DNA of 63,016 nt, filler included, from GCF_002087085.1; 3 parts of 3 records of this genome joined end to end with filler, not necessarily neighbours in it, one strand, 5' to 3'; shown: positions 50,234 through 59,411, counted from the first letter of the whole stretch. Notes: generated by a model not told the origin, from the sequence alone. Numbers and translations are program-made.

Positions 50234-52009
50234 TCAGGTTTCGAAGCGGAGAATTTTAAGCGCCCATTCACGGGACATCCTGTCCCTGGATCGTCGATAT
50301 ACTTCAACAGCGCATTCGTAGAGCGAGCGGTCGGGAGCAGACCCATTATATGCAAGTATCCTGTGCAGTGCTTCCATGGAAACCGCGGTAAGGCCGGGTT
50401 TCGTTTCAATTGTGTTCCCCGCCAGAAGAATACCTGCAATAGTTCTGGTTGACCTGGCATCGGGATCGCTTCCAATACGCCCGAGCCCCTGTATGGCGAC
50501 GATCCTGTTGTCGGAAAACCACTCCCGGGCTGCGGCGGTGCGCAGGGTATGCAATGAGGCATATGCGGCTTCCCGGGAGAGCAGTTCCAGGGCCTCTTTT
50601 CGCAGATCCGGGTAGTCGTTGACAACACGTCCGCTCTGGAGAATAGGCCTTTCGAAGGGTTCCCCGGCAATATCGCGGGCAAAATTTCCATAGTAGGGAG
50701 GATACCGTCGATCACCGGGGCTGCTCTTGTTCAGAATCTCCTGAATAATATCAAGAGCCATCTCACGGCCTTCCCGTCCGCCGGAAGCCATGAGAGCGGA
50801 AAGCAGCAGATAATCAGGTTCACTTTTCCATATCTCCACCGGTCGTGCTGCTCCGACAAAACGCCTGTTCCAGCGATTGCCGGTCTCAGCCCCGGGACCG
50901 CTCCACACTTGATTGTCCCGGGCCCTGCTTGCAAGGGCATAGATGTTCCAGTCTTCACTGCCGGCGATGAGTCCTCCGGTGGAGGACAGTCCCGCCGTGG
51001 TCAGTCTGGAAGGGATGCTGCCGCTCCCTGTGAGTTCCCCCTCCCTGGAAAAGGTTTTTACTCCCCCTCCCCCGCCGACGGCAAGCAGACCGTCTTCCAG
51101 GGAAAAGAGCCCCACCGGGCGAGGTACTGCATACACCGCATCATGCAGCATCTCACCATCCCGGCTGAGGAAGCTAAGCCTGCCCGAGGCATCGAGGGCA
51201 GCGATTCCTCCACTGAATTCTGCAAGATAAAGGGCAAAGTTTTCCAGCCGCCTCGTCCACAGCAGGGTTCCCTGAAGGGAAACCTTTGCGATTGTCCCTT
51301 CGTCGCTGGAAGCATAAAGGGCTGTTTCGGCGGCAAGTGCCGCCGTCTGCCTGCCTGCCAGGCGAAAACGCCAGAGAAAACGTCCCCAGGGCAGCCAGGC
51401 ATTCAGGAACCCGGAGCCGTCGGGAACAATCAAAACGCCCCGGGAATCGATCAGGCTCTGTCCTCCCGGGCCGCCGTTCAGGGTCTCCTTCCACAGGAGT
51501 TCTCCCCGATGATCAAGAGCAGTCAGGGTCCCGGAGGCGTCAACAAGAAAAATCCGTCCATCAGCGCTGATAACCGGATCGAAAGCGAGGGGCGCGGAAA
51601 GGTGATGCCGCCACAGGAGTCCACCGGATGGATTTATCGCTGCAAGGGAACTGCGAAAGGAAATATAGACGGTGCCGTCGACTCCCAGGGCGTTAAAGCC
51701 CTGGGGCACCCCCGGAAGATCGGAGCGGGAAAGAATCTGTCCCTGCCGGTCGACGCGGTACAGATAGCGGTCCTCCGAAGCTGCAAGAAACATGCCGTCA
51801 TGGTCCTCCATGGGCCGTCCGCTTACCCTTCCTCCCGTGGGCAGCCTGAAAAGGAGCGACAGCTCAGGGATTTCCGTGTCAATTGAATAGAGAGAGAAGC
51901 CCACAACAAGAAGCAGAGTCAGCAGAACAGGCTTGCCGCCGGGACTCCACCGCGTAATCACCGTAGTCAAGCTCCCTGACTGCTGAGACAGAATGAACTG
52001 CACGGACAC
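50234..52009 (-). CDS. PQQ-like beta-propeller (BamB-like repeats) protein with helical C-terminus
   Basis: Repeated G..LW.. blades (PSGGLLW, RGELLW, GRFLW, QGTLLW); start uncertain. Confidence 0.75.
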   Translation of the reverse strand: MSVQFILSQQSGSLTTVITRWSPGGKPVLLTLLLVVGFSLYSIDTEIPELSLLFRLPTGGRVSGRPMEDHDGMFLAASEDRYLYRVDRQGQILSRSDLPGVPQGFNALGVDGTVYISFRSSLAAINPSGGLLWRHHLSAPLAFDPVISADGRIFLVDASGTLTALDHRGELLWKETLNGGPGGQSLIDSRGVLIVPDGSGFLNAWLPWGRFLWRFRLAGRQTAALAAETALYASSDEGTIAKVSLQGTLLWTRRLENFALYLAEFSGGIAALDASGRLSFLSRDGEMLHDAVYAVPRPVGLFSLEDGLLAVGGGGGVKTFSREGELTGSGSIPSRLTTAGLSSTGGLIAGSEDWNIYALASRARDNQVWSGPGAETGNRWNRRFVGAARPVEIWKSEPDYLLLSALMASGGREGREMALDIIQEILNKSSPGDRRYPPYYGNFARDIAGEPFERPILQSGRVVNDYPDLRKEALELLSREAAYASLHTLRTAAAREWFSDNRIVAIQGLGRIGSDPDARSTRTIAGILLAGNTIETKPGLTAVSMEALHRILAYNGSAPDRSLYECAVEVYRRSRDRMSREWALKILRFET

Positions 52010-52677
52010 CCGCGGCAGACAGGCCGGGCGCTGCAGTGCTCCTTTCCGTGCTTCACGATAAGAGCGTGATACTCGGCGTAGAGGTCCGCTTTTTTGGGAA
52101 GGGCTTTTTCAAAGATTGATTTCACCCTTTCATATTCACCTATTTTCTGTTCTCCCGCAAGACGGGCATGAAAACGTCGTGTATACAGGTCCGCAATAAA
52201 AGAGGCCTCGTTACCGGCGTACAGGAGAATCGAATCAGCAGTCTCCGGACCGATCCCCTTCAGGGACAGCAGAAAATTCCTTCCATGAGAGCCATCTGTA
52301 CCACTGTCTGATTCTCCAAAGAGAAGGGGGATAAGCTCCTTGAGACGCCGCGCTTTCTGCCGGTAGTACCCGCTGGGCCGGATAAGTGTTTCCAGCTCTG
52401 CCACGGAGATTTCCGCAATACTCTCCGGGGATAGAGCCTTTGCATTAAGCAGGTTTTCAAGGGCCATTTCCACGTTCTTCCAGCTGGTATTCTGGGTTAG
52501 GACTGCTCCAAGGGTAATCTCGAAACGTTCTGCCCTGTTAAGGGGATGCAGTGCAGGGGAAAGACGATAGCCCCGGCTGTCGAAACCGGGGCTGTCGCGT
52601 TTTGATACCAGGGGCCACCACCCCTGGTATCCGTAGGCAGCTGACAGAATCTTGTAAACATCAAAGACTGTCGGCAT
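51967..52677 (-). CDS. Endonuclease III-related HhH-GPD protein
   Basis: GAVLTQNTSW, IRPSGYYRQKA, LKGIGPETADSI, C-terminal Cys4 cluster. Confidence 0.9.
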   Translation of the reverse strand: MPTVFDVYKILSAAYGYQGWWPLVSKRDSPGFDSRGYRLSPALHPLNRAERFEITLGAVLTQNTSWKNVEMALENLLNAKALSPESIAEISVAELETLIRPSGYYRQKARRLKELIPLLFGESDSGTDGSHGRNFLLSLKGIGPETADSILLYAGNEASFIADLYTRRFHARLAGEQKIGEYERVKSIFEKALPKKADLYAEYHALIVKHGKEHCSARPVCRGCPCSSFCLSSQGA

Positions 52678-52685
52678 GGAGAATA

Positions 52686-55346
52686 TCAGGTTCTGGCCGC
52701 GATAGCCGCCTGTGCCGCTGCAAGCCGTGCCACCGGAACCCTGAAGGGGGAACAGGAGACATAGTTCAGACCTGTTTTATAGAAGAACTCGATGGACCGG
52801 GGGTCTCCTCCGTGCTCGCCGCAGACACCCATCTTCATATCCGGTTTTGTCTTGCGTCCAAGCTCAACGGCGGTGGCCACCAGGCGTCCGACTCCGGAAA
52901 TATCGATACTGGAGAAGGGGTCGTGGTGCAGGATGTTCTGCTCCAGGTAGAGGGGAATAAAACTTCCCGCGTCGTCCCGGGAGAAACCGTAGGTCATCTG
53001 GGTCAGGTCATTGGTACCGAAAGAGAAGAAGTCCGCATGTTCTGCAATCTCGTCGGCGGTCATCGCAGCTCTGGGAATTTCGATCATGGTCCCCACAGAG
53101 TAGTTGATGCTCATTTTCCGCCTGGCGAGCACGTCCTGCGCCACGGCTTCGATCCGGTCATGCATTATCTGGGTCTCTTCCCTGGTTCCCACCAGGGGTA
53201 TCATAATCTCAGGATGAATATCCCCTCCCGATTTTACGACATCGCAGGCTGCAAGCATTATTGCCTCCACCTGCATTTCGTATATTTCGGGATAGGTGAT
53301 CCCAAGACGGCATCCCCGGTGCCCGAGCATGGGGTTTGCTTCTTTAAGGTTCGCAATCTTTTCCCTCAGCTTTGCAGGCTTGATTCCCAGCTCGTCGGAG
53401 ATTGTCTTGATATCCTTGACTGTGGAGGGAACAAACTCGTGAAGCGGCGGATCGAGGAGCCGGATTGTAACGGGAAGACCGTTCATGGCCTTGAAGATCC
53501 CCGCGAAGTCTTTCTTCTGCAGGGGAAGCAGCTTTTTCAGGGCCGCCTTTCTGTCCTCCAGGGTATCGGAAACAATCATCTCCTGAAAGATTTCCAGTTT
53601 TCCATCGTCGAAGAACATGTGCTCGGTACGGCACAGACCGATACCCTCGGCGCCAAAGGAGCGGGCTACCTTGGCATCATTGGGCTGGTCCGCATTGGTC
53701 CGGATAACGATGCCCTTGTCCTTAAGGCCGGGCCGTACCGCGGATTTCCGGATTTTATCGGTCCAGCTTAAAAAGCGGGTCAGGTCCTGGGTCATTTTGG
53801 GAACGGAAAGGATTGCCTTTCCGGAATAGACATTCCCGGTGGTTCCGTTAATGGTGATCCAGTCACCCTCCTTGTACTTCTTCCCTCCCACGGTAAAACT
53901 CTTTCCGGTGATTACGATATCCTTACAGCCGGCGACACAGGGGGTGCCCATACCCCGGGCGACAACCGCCGCGTGGGAGGTCATTCCGCCGGTGGAGGTA
54001 AGAACGCCCTCTGCGGCATGCATACCGCCGATATCCTCCGGACTGGTCTCTTTCCGGACCAGCAGTACCTTCTGCCCGACGGCGACCCAGCGTTCCGCCT
54101 CTTCAGCGGAAAAAACAACCTGGCCGGTGGCGGCTCCGGGGGAGGCGTTCAGTCCGGTGGCTATCAGCTCCATTACCTGTTTCTGCTTCGGATCGATATT
54201 GGGATGAAAGAGCTGGTCGAGCTGTGCAGGGCTTACCCTGCTTACCGCCGTCTCCTCGTCAATGAGCTTCTCGTCCACCATGTCGACGGCGCATTTTACC
54301 GCTGCAGCTCCGGTCCTTTTGGCGTTCCTGGTCTGAAGAATAAAGAGCTCTCCCTCCTGGAGGGTAAATTCCATATCCTGCATGTCCCGGTAATGATTCT
54401 CCAGCCGGTCCTTCAGTGCCACAAGCTTCCTGTAGGCTTCAGGATTCGTCTTTTTCAGGGAAGAAATAGGCTCGGGGGTACGGATTCCCGCCACCACGTC
54501 CTCTCCCTGGGCGTTCATGAGGTACTCTCCGTAAAAAACGTTCTTTCCTGTGGAAGGATCCCGGGAAAAGCAGACTCCGGTACCGGAGGTATCTCCAAAG
54601 TTGCCGAACACCATGGTCTGGACATTTACTGCTGTTCCAAGAAGACCATCGATGGCATTGATTTTACGGTATTTTATGGCCTGAGGGTTGTTCCAGGATC
54701 CGAAGACCGCGTCAATGGCAGCCTTGAGCTGCTTTTTGGGGTCCTGGGGGAACTCCTCTTTTTTATGTTTCTTGTACGCCTGCTTGTACAGTCCTACAAG
54801 CTTTTCCAGGTCTCCGGCATCAAGCTGGGTATCCAGCTCAACACCCTTGTTCTTTTTCATTTTTGCCAGGATTTCCTCGAAAACGTCGATGTCCATGCCC
54901 ATGGCTACATTGGCAAACATCTGAATAAAGCGCCGGTAGGCGTCCCAGGCAAAGCGGGGATTCCCGGTCTGGGAGCTTATTCCCCTGACGGCCTGATCGT
55001 TCATGCCAAGGTTCAGGATGGTATCCATCATACCGGGCATGGAAACTGCTGCACCGGAACGTACGGACACCAGCAGGGGATCCTCAGGGTCACCCAGTTT
55101 TTTTCCCATCAGCTTCTCGAGCTTGTCCAGGTTTTCATCGACCTGATTCAGTACACCCGAAGGATAGGTACGGTCATTCTCATAATAGGCCCTGCACACC
55201 GCTGTAGAGATCGTGAAACCCGGGGGTACAGGGATCCCGAGGTTTGTCATTTCAGCGAGATTTGCTCCTTTTCCTCCAAGAAGCTCCTTCATGCCGGCGT
55301 TTCCGTCGGCTTTGCCGTTACCGAAGAAATAGACGAATTTCTCCAT
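52686..55346 (-). CDS. ppdK: Pyruvate, phosphate dikinase
   Basis: LLGGKGANLAEM, VSVRSGA, GGMTSHAAVVARG, GIGLCRTEHMF, GVCGEHGG. Confidence 0.98.
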   Translation of the reverse strand: MEKFVYFFGNGKADGNAGMKELLGGKGANLAEMTNLGIPVPPGFTISTAVCRAYYENDRTYPSGVLNQVDENLDKLEKLMGKKLGDPEDPLLVSVRSGAAVSMPGMMDTILNLGMNDQAVRGISSQTGNPRFAWDAYRRFIQMFANVAMGMDIDVFEEILAKMKKNKGVELDTQLDAGDLEKLVGLYKQAYKKHKKEEFPQDPKKQLKAAIDAVFGSWNNPQAIKYRKINAIDGLLGTAVNVQTMVFGNFGDTSGTGVCFSRDPSTGKNVFYGEYLMNAQGEDVVAGIRTPEPISSLKKTNPEAYRKLVALKDRLENHYRDMQDMEFTLQEGELFILQTRNAKRTGAAAVKCAVDMVDEKLIDEETAVSRVSPAQLDQLFHPNIDPKQKQVMELIATGLNASPGAATGQVVFSAEEAERWVAVGQKVLLVRKETSPEDIGGMHAAEGVLTSTGGMTSHAAVVARGMGTPCVAGCKDIVITGKSFTVGGKKYKEGDWITINGTTGNVYSGKAILSVPKMTQDLTRFLSWTDKIRKSAVRPGLKDKGIVIRTNADQPNDAKVARSFGAEGIGLCRTEHMFFDDGKLEIFQEMIVSDTLEDRKAALKKLLPLQKKDFAGIFKAMNGLPVTIRLLDPPLHEFVPSTVKDIKTISDELGIKPAKLREKIANLKEANPMLGHRGCRLGITYPEIYEMQVEAIMLAACDVVKSGGDIHPEIMIPLVGTREETQIMHDRIEAVAQDVLARRKMSINYSVGTMIEIPRAAMTADEIAEHADFFSFGTNDLTQMTYGFSRDDAGSFIPLYLEQNILHHDPFSSIDISGVGRLVATAVELGRKTKPDMKMGVCGEHGGDPRSIEFFYKTGLNYVSCSPFRVPVARLAAAQAAIAART

Positions 55347-55449
55347 AGATAATTTCTTCCTCCATATTTGTTACCGCCGTTTTTCCAGCGGCCAGAATTC
55401 GCATAACAATTGGTCTTACCAGTTCCACACTATATAGGAAATACAAAAT

Positions 55450-55490
55450 AAAAAAAAGCCCCCGATACCACATATGTGATAATTGGGGGC
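55450..55490 (-). terminator. Intrinsic terminator of the sigma factor gene
   Basis: GCCCCC...GGGGGC stem followed by T8 on the minus strand. Confidence 0.75.
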
Positions 55491-55514
55491 ATTATATTCA
55501 ACCCGTGGGACAGA

Positions 55515-56387
55515 TCAAGCCGTATAGGCCTCGAGATACTGACTCCGGGAGGGGTGCTGAAGCCGTTTAATGGCTTTCTTTTCGATCTGACGGATCCGCT
55601 CTTTGGTCAGGTTGTACTTGTCGCCGATCTCCTTTAACGAGAGAGGACTGAAACCGTTCAGGCCGAAGCGGTACTGGATTATCTCCGACTCCTTTTCCGT
55701 GAGCGTGTTCAGGACTTCATTGATATCCTCGATCAGGGAATGCTCAATGGCTGCGTCCTCAGGATGTTCATAACCGGAATCTTCGATGAAATCACCCAGC
55801 TGGGACGAATCCTTTTCGTTGTACACTGGAGTTTCCAGGGAAACCAGGTCTCTGGATATGTTGATCAGGTCGAGGACATGGGATTCATCCATGTTAACCG
55901 CCCTTGCGATCTCTTTGAGTTCGGGGTCTTCTGCTTTTCCGGACTGCAGCTCCTTTCTGGCTTTTTCTATCTGCACCAGTTCATTCGCACGGTTAAGGGG
56001 AAGCCGTATCATCCTGGATTTCTCGCAGATGGCTTTGAGAATTGCCTGCCGGATCCACCAGACAGCGTAGGAGATAAAGTGGTACCCCTTCTCCACATCA
56101 AAGCGCTCTATCGCATTCATCAGGCCTATATTGCCTTCGCTTATCAGGTCGGTCAGGGGCAGTCCCTGATTCTGGTATTTCTTGGCGACGTTGACCACAA
56201 AGCGCAGATTCGACTTGACGAGCATATCCTTGGCATACTGTTCGCCCCTGGCAGCAGCTCTGGCGTACTTATCCTCTTCTTCCCTGGTCAGAAGGGGGAT
56301 CTGATTGATCTCCTTCAGATACATGGAAAGGACGTTTTCGTCATCGTATGTACTTCTTGTGCCGTTATATCGTCTGTTCTGGGCCAT
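55515..56387 (-). CDS. Group 2 sigma-70 factor lacking region 1.1 (RpoS-like)
   Basis: YLKEI..IPLL, NLRFVVNVAKKY, DLISEGNIGL, SYAVWWIRQ, TKERIRQIE; 290 aa. Confidence 0.9.
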   Translation of the reverse strand: MAQNRRYNGTRSTYDDENVLSMYLKEINQIPLLTREEEDKYARAAARGEQYAKDMLVKSNLRFVVNVAKKYQNQGLPLTDLISEGNIGLMNAIERFDVEKGYHFISYAVWWIRQAILKAICEKSRMIRLPLNRANELVQIEKARKELQSGKAEDPELKEIARAVNMDESHVLDLINISRDLVSLETPVYNEKDSSQLGDFIEDSGYEHPEDAAIEHSLIEDINEVLNTLTEKESEIIQYRFGLNGFSPLSLKEIGDKYNLTKERIRQIEKKAIKRLQHPSRSQYLEAYTA

Positions 56388-56409
56388 TTATGCCTCCTGA
56401 TAATATAGA

Positions 56410-56426
56410 TGCAATCTACATGCCAA
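56410..56426 (-). promoter_or_regulatory. sigma54 (-24/-12) promoter
   Basis: Minus strand TTGGCATGTAGATTGCA fits YTGGCACG-N4-TTGCW, 22 nt upstream of the ATG; AT-rich tract further upstream. Confidence 0.8.
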
Positions 56427-56561
56427 CTCAGAAGGAATTGTTAAAATTGTTATCTCCTTACTATATAAATAATTATAATGCATTACTTTTATAATCAGAA
56501 ATATAGAAAATGCCGACTGTGTCGATATAACCCATTTAGCTGTTTATACGCTTATACTGCG

Positions 56562-57230
56562 TCAAAAAAGACCATACAGGAGCTCTTCGTCGCATTTAAT
56601 GCGTCCGCAGCATTGCCCATAGGGTAGTCCGCTGTGGCAGGGACAGGGATCGTCGGGGGAAACCCTGGATCTGGAAAAGAAATCCACTTGAATAATCTCG
56701 TGCTTTTCCGCAGGAAGTGAAAAATAGGGAAAAATTATCTCAACATCAGAAAAAAGAGCCAGCTTTTCGCTGTTGCTTTTCCCCCGGAGTACCCCGGAGC
56801 GAAGAATACCCTGCCAGTATTCGAAAATAAGATCCCAGATCATGTCTTTTTCGCCCTGGCTGCCTATTTTACGGCTGCGCTTTGATTCCAGATACTTTTT
56901 CAGCTGAACGGAGTAGAAGGCATTCCAGTCGTCCAGCTCACTGCTCATCTGCCGGAGCATTCCGTAATCGTTCATGTAGCGATCCGCCATCCTGCCGGCA
57001 TAACTGCGCTTATGCAGACCGCGGGCGGTCAGCCAGGTTTTCAGGGCCGATGATGGAAGTCCGACCTGTTTAAGCACGATACCGATATAGAACAGCGTTC
57101 TGACCAGCTCCTGACGCTCGTCTACAGGACAGCTGCGCAGTGCTTTTCGGAAATACTCAAGGGCGATCTGCGGACGATGCCGGGCAAGAAAACGCCTGCC
57201 CGTCCGGAAGGATCTGCTGCTGGCATGCAT
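56562..57230 (-). CDS. TPR-like protein with C-terminal SEC-C motif
   Basis: DDPCPCHSGLPYGQCCG; AGGAG RBS before ATG 57230. Confidence 0.8.
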   Translation of the reverse strand: MHASSRSFRTGRRFLARHRPQIALEYFRKALRSCPVDERQELVRTLFYIGIVLKQVGLPSSALKTWLTARGLHKRSYAGRMADRYMNDYGMLRQMSSELDDWNAFYSVQLKKYLESKRSRKIGSQGEKDMIWDLIFEYWQGILRSGVLRGKSNSEKLALFSDVEIIFPYFSLPAEKHEIIQVDFFSRSRVSPDDPCPCHSGLPYGQCCGRIKCDEELLYGLF

Positions 57231-57341
57231 AGTAACTCCTTGAAATAAAATACTTAAGCCCGGGCTCTTTGACAACCGCCCTTGACCCCAGGGCGAACGC
57301 ACATAAACTCATCCAGGCAGGCGGCGGTCGATAGCCTCGTC

Positions 57342-57441
57342 NNNNNNNNNNNNNNNNNNNNNNNNNNNNNNNNNNNNNNNNNNNNTTAATTAATTAANNN
57401 NNNNNNNNNNNNNNNNNNNNNNNNNNNNNNNNNNNNNNNNN
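57342..57441. other. Artificial contig linker / assembly gap
   Basis: N44-TTAATTAATTAA-N44. Confidence 0.99.
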
Positions 57442-57579
57442 AGGATTGTAGGGTATACAGCTATCCGGTATAAGGTGGGGTTTAATTGACGGTTACCAAT
57501 TGATCGATTCGGTGGAGTGTAGTATGGCTCTTTTCATGTTTCTGAAATCTTGTTATACTTGTAATACATGGAGGTGGGA

Positions 57580-57792
57580 ATGCTTGCGGTAAGACTTGAT
57601 CCTGACATGGAAGAAAAGCTCAACAAGCTTTCAAAAGAAACGGGAAGGAGCAAAAGCTTTTACGTGAAACAGGCATTAGAAAACTATCTAGAAGATAGAG
57701 AAGATTATTTGCTTGCGCTTTCAGTCCTGGAAAAGAAAGAACCACGGAAATCGATCAAGGAAGTGAGAAAAGAGCTTGGCTTGGACGATTGA
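57580..57792 (+). CDS. RHH/CopG-type antitoxin (RelB-like)
   Basis: MLAVRL...KLSKETGRSKSFYVKQAL..YLEDREDY; GGAGG RBS; overlaps toxin gene. Confidence 0.9.
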   Translation: MLAVRLDPDMEEKLNKLSKETGRSKSFYVKQALENYLEDREDYLLALSVLEKKEPRKSIKEVRKELGLDD

Positions 57793-58042
57793 TTTTTCTG
57801 GTACAGCAGAGAGGCAATTAAAGAAATTAGATCGGCAATGGCAGCGAGCCATCTTGGATTATTTGGAAGATGAGATAGCCCCTCTCGATAATCCACGGCA
57901 ACGGGGAAAAGCTCTTGTCGGCGATAAAAAAGGCTTGTGGCGCTATAGAATTAATGATTATCGAGTTATCTGCCAAATACTGGATACAGAACTGGTAATA
58001 TTAGCTTTAGCAATCGCACATCGTAAAGATGTGTATAAGTAA
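57776..58042 (+). CDS. RelE/ParE family toxin
   Basis: AERQLKKLD, GKALVG..GLWRYRINDYRVI, HRKDVY. Confidence 0.93.
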   Translation: MAWTIDFSGTAERQLKKLDRQWQRAILDYLEDEIAPLDNPRQRGKALVGDKKGLWRYRINDYRVICQILDTELVILALAIAHRKDVYK

Positions 58043-58080
58043 TTACCGATCCTTGAAAAAGTAGAGACGGAAAACTTAGG

Positions 58081-58189
58081 AGGACGGGCCGTTTGGCCCG
58101 TCCTTCATAATACCGCTGATTCGCGCGGATTATAGAAAAGTACCCCATTAACGGGGCTGGCCCCGGGTATTAACCAACCGTTTGTAGTA
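58081..58189. repeat. Repeat A copy 1: hairpin + motif D + 3' end of GxxExxY gene
   Basis: AGGACGGGCC-gttt-GGCCCGTCCT then TCATAATACCGCTGATTCGCGCGGATT; recurs at 59266-59395; hairpin variant at 60088-60112. Confidence 0.9.
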
Positions 58190-58537
58190 GAGCGACGGAG
58201 CATTAAAGTTGAACAGATACCCGACCTGTAAGCTTGAGAGCTTAAGGTAGTTGTAAAGCTGAGATTCCATACCGGAAGTAACCTGCGAGACAGCTTTAAG
58301 CTCGATGAGGATAGCATTGTTTACCACCATATCGGCCCGGAACGTACCGACGGACTCTCCGCGATAAAAGACGGGGAAGGCCGCCTGCTGTACTACGGAA
58401 AGCCCCTGGGCCTGGAGCTCCAGCATGTACGCCCGCTGATAAACCTTTTCGAGCAAGCCTTCGCCCAACGCGGAGTGCACCTTGAACGCAGCCCCTAAAA
58501 CCTTGTTTGACAGTTCCTTGTGAATGAACCCTGACAT
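58148..58537 (-). CDS. GxxExxY protein (PD-(D/E)xK-like nuclease), copy 1
   Basis: GLLEKVY motif, RADMVV, IELK, QLYNYL, GYLFNF; AGGAGG RBS before ATG 58537. Confidence 0.93.
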   Translation of the reverse strand: MSGFIHKELSNKVLGAAFKVHSALGEGLLEKVYQRAYMLELQAQGLSVVQQAAFPVFYRGESVGTFRADMVVNNAILIELKAVSQVTSGMESQLYNYLKLSSLQVGYLFNFNAPSLYYKRLVNTRGQPR

Positions 58538-58542
58538 ACAGA

Positions 58543-58622
58543 ACCTCCTGTTTTTCTTAACAAACACCTGTCAAGCGAGGAGCAGTCACAGGGCGAAGAG
58601 CGATAGCGTCCCTTGACGGCGA
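58543..58622 (-). repeat. Repeat B copy 1: 80-nt upstream leader of GxxExxY gene
   Basis: 77/80 identical to 60536-60615. Confidence 0.92.
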
Positions 58623-58678
58623 CGAGCGGGGGGTACAATGAAAAAGACAGGAGAATACCGCAGATTCGCGCAGATTTC

Positions 58679-59101
58679 ATGATTCGTACGGATTTTACAG
58701 TGAAATCTTTCGATTTGGGAACATTTTTCCTATTTCATCCACCCAAAATAATGATATCTAGTAATTTTAATGGGCAACTTAAGGACCTTGAACTTGAAAT
58801 AGAATCCGATATTCCGATAGCTTCCAAGTATAGGATTAATATTTATCGTTCAGATAATGAGAAAGGAAAAATGAATTCTGTTAAAAGAGTAGTGTCTATC
58901 TGTTTGCATGGAGACAAAAGAAAAATTTACTTGGGTAATCTCAACAAACTAAACATAGGACAAAATAATATGGATTTAGTAACGATTGATTTATATGAGC
59001 CAATAATACCAAATTATTATATGATCAAAACTTTGGCACTTAGCGACAATGATACCATTCTTGCATCATCTTCCGTAGAATTTATTGAGATCACCGAATG
59101 A
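58679..59101 (+). CDS. AT-rich hypothetical protein (possibly a truncated orphan immunity-type gene)
   Basis: Open frame of low GC ending at the first bases of repeat C; start uncertain; no recognisable motif. Confidence 0.5.
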   Translation: MIRTDFTVKSFDLGTFFLFHPPKIMISSNFNGQLKDLELEIESDIPIASKYRINIYRSDNEKGKMNSVKRVVSICLHGDKRKIYLGNLNKLNIGQNNMDLVTIDLYEPIIPNYYMIKTLALSDNDTILASSSVEFIEITE

Positions 59102-59257
59102 GAAAGTTGAGCCGCGCCGTTTTAAAAAAACCGGCGTCAGTTCCAACGATTTGTTCGGGGCTCGTAGAGAAGTTTTGATGAGTATAAACAAGAACCGGCA
59201 TGAAGGAAAAAAAGTAACTGAAAAAGTGTGATCATTGAAAAATCAGAGAAGGAAGAA
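59092..59257 (-). repeat. Repeat C copy 1: attC-like site (59093-59159) plus 98-nt purine-rich flank
   Basis: Minus strand CCCGAAC-aaatc-GTTGGAAC-TGACGCCG...CGGCGCG-GCTCAAC-tttctc-ATTCGGT; recurs at 62824-62992. Confidence 0.85.
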
Positions 59258-59265
59258 ATTTCATG

Positions 59266-59395
59266 AGGACGGGCCGTTCGGCCCGTCCTTCATAATACCG
59301 CTGATTCGCGCAGTTTTCAGGCAGATTCGCGCGGATTATAGAAGAGTACCCCATTAACGGGGCCCGCCCCGGGTATTAACCAGCCGCTTGTAATA
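59266..59395 (-). pseudogene. Repeat A copy 2 with 14-codon GxxExxY 3' remnant (59354-59395)
   Basis: Hairpin AGGACGGGCC-gttc-GGCCCGTCCT; remnant reads YYKRLVNTRGGPR* versus YYKRLVNTRGQPR* in copy 1. Confidence 0.85.
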
Positions 59396-59411
59396 AAACA
59401 AGATAAATTAA

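Noticed and set aside
58538..58567. Shared MFVKKNRR N-terminus of both GxxExxY ORFs
   Set aside because: Translation of the shared leader, which contains the AGGAGG RBS; true starts are 58537 and 60530
58148..59395. DGR template/variable repeat pair (GxxExxY 3' end versus remnant)
   Set aside because: Differences are not adenine-specific, are mostly synonymous, and no reverse transcriptase is present
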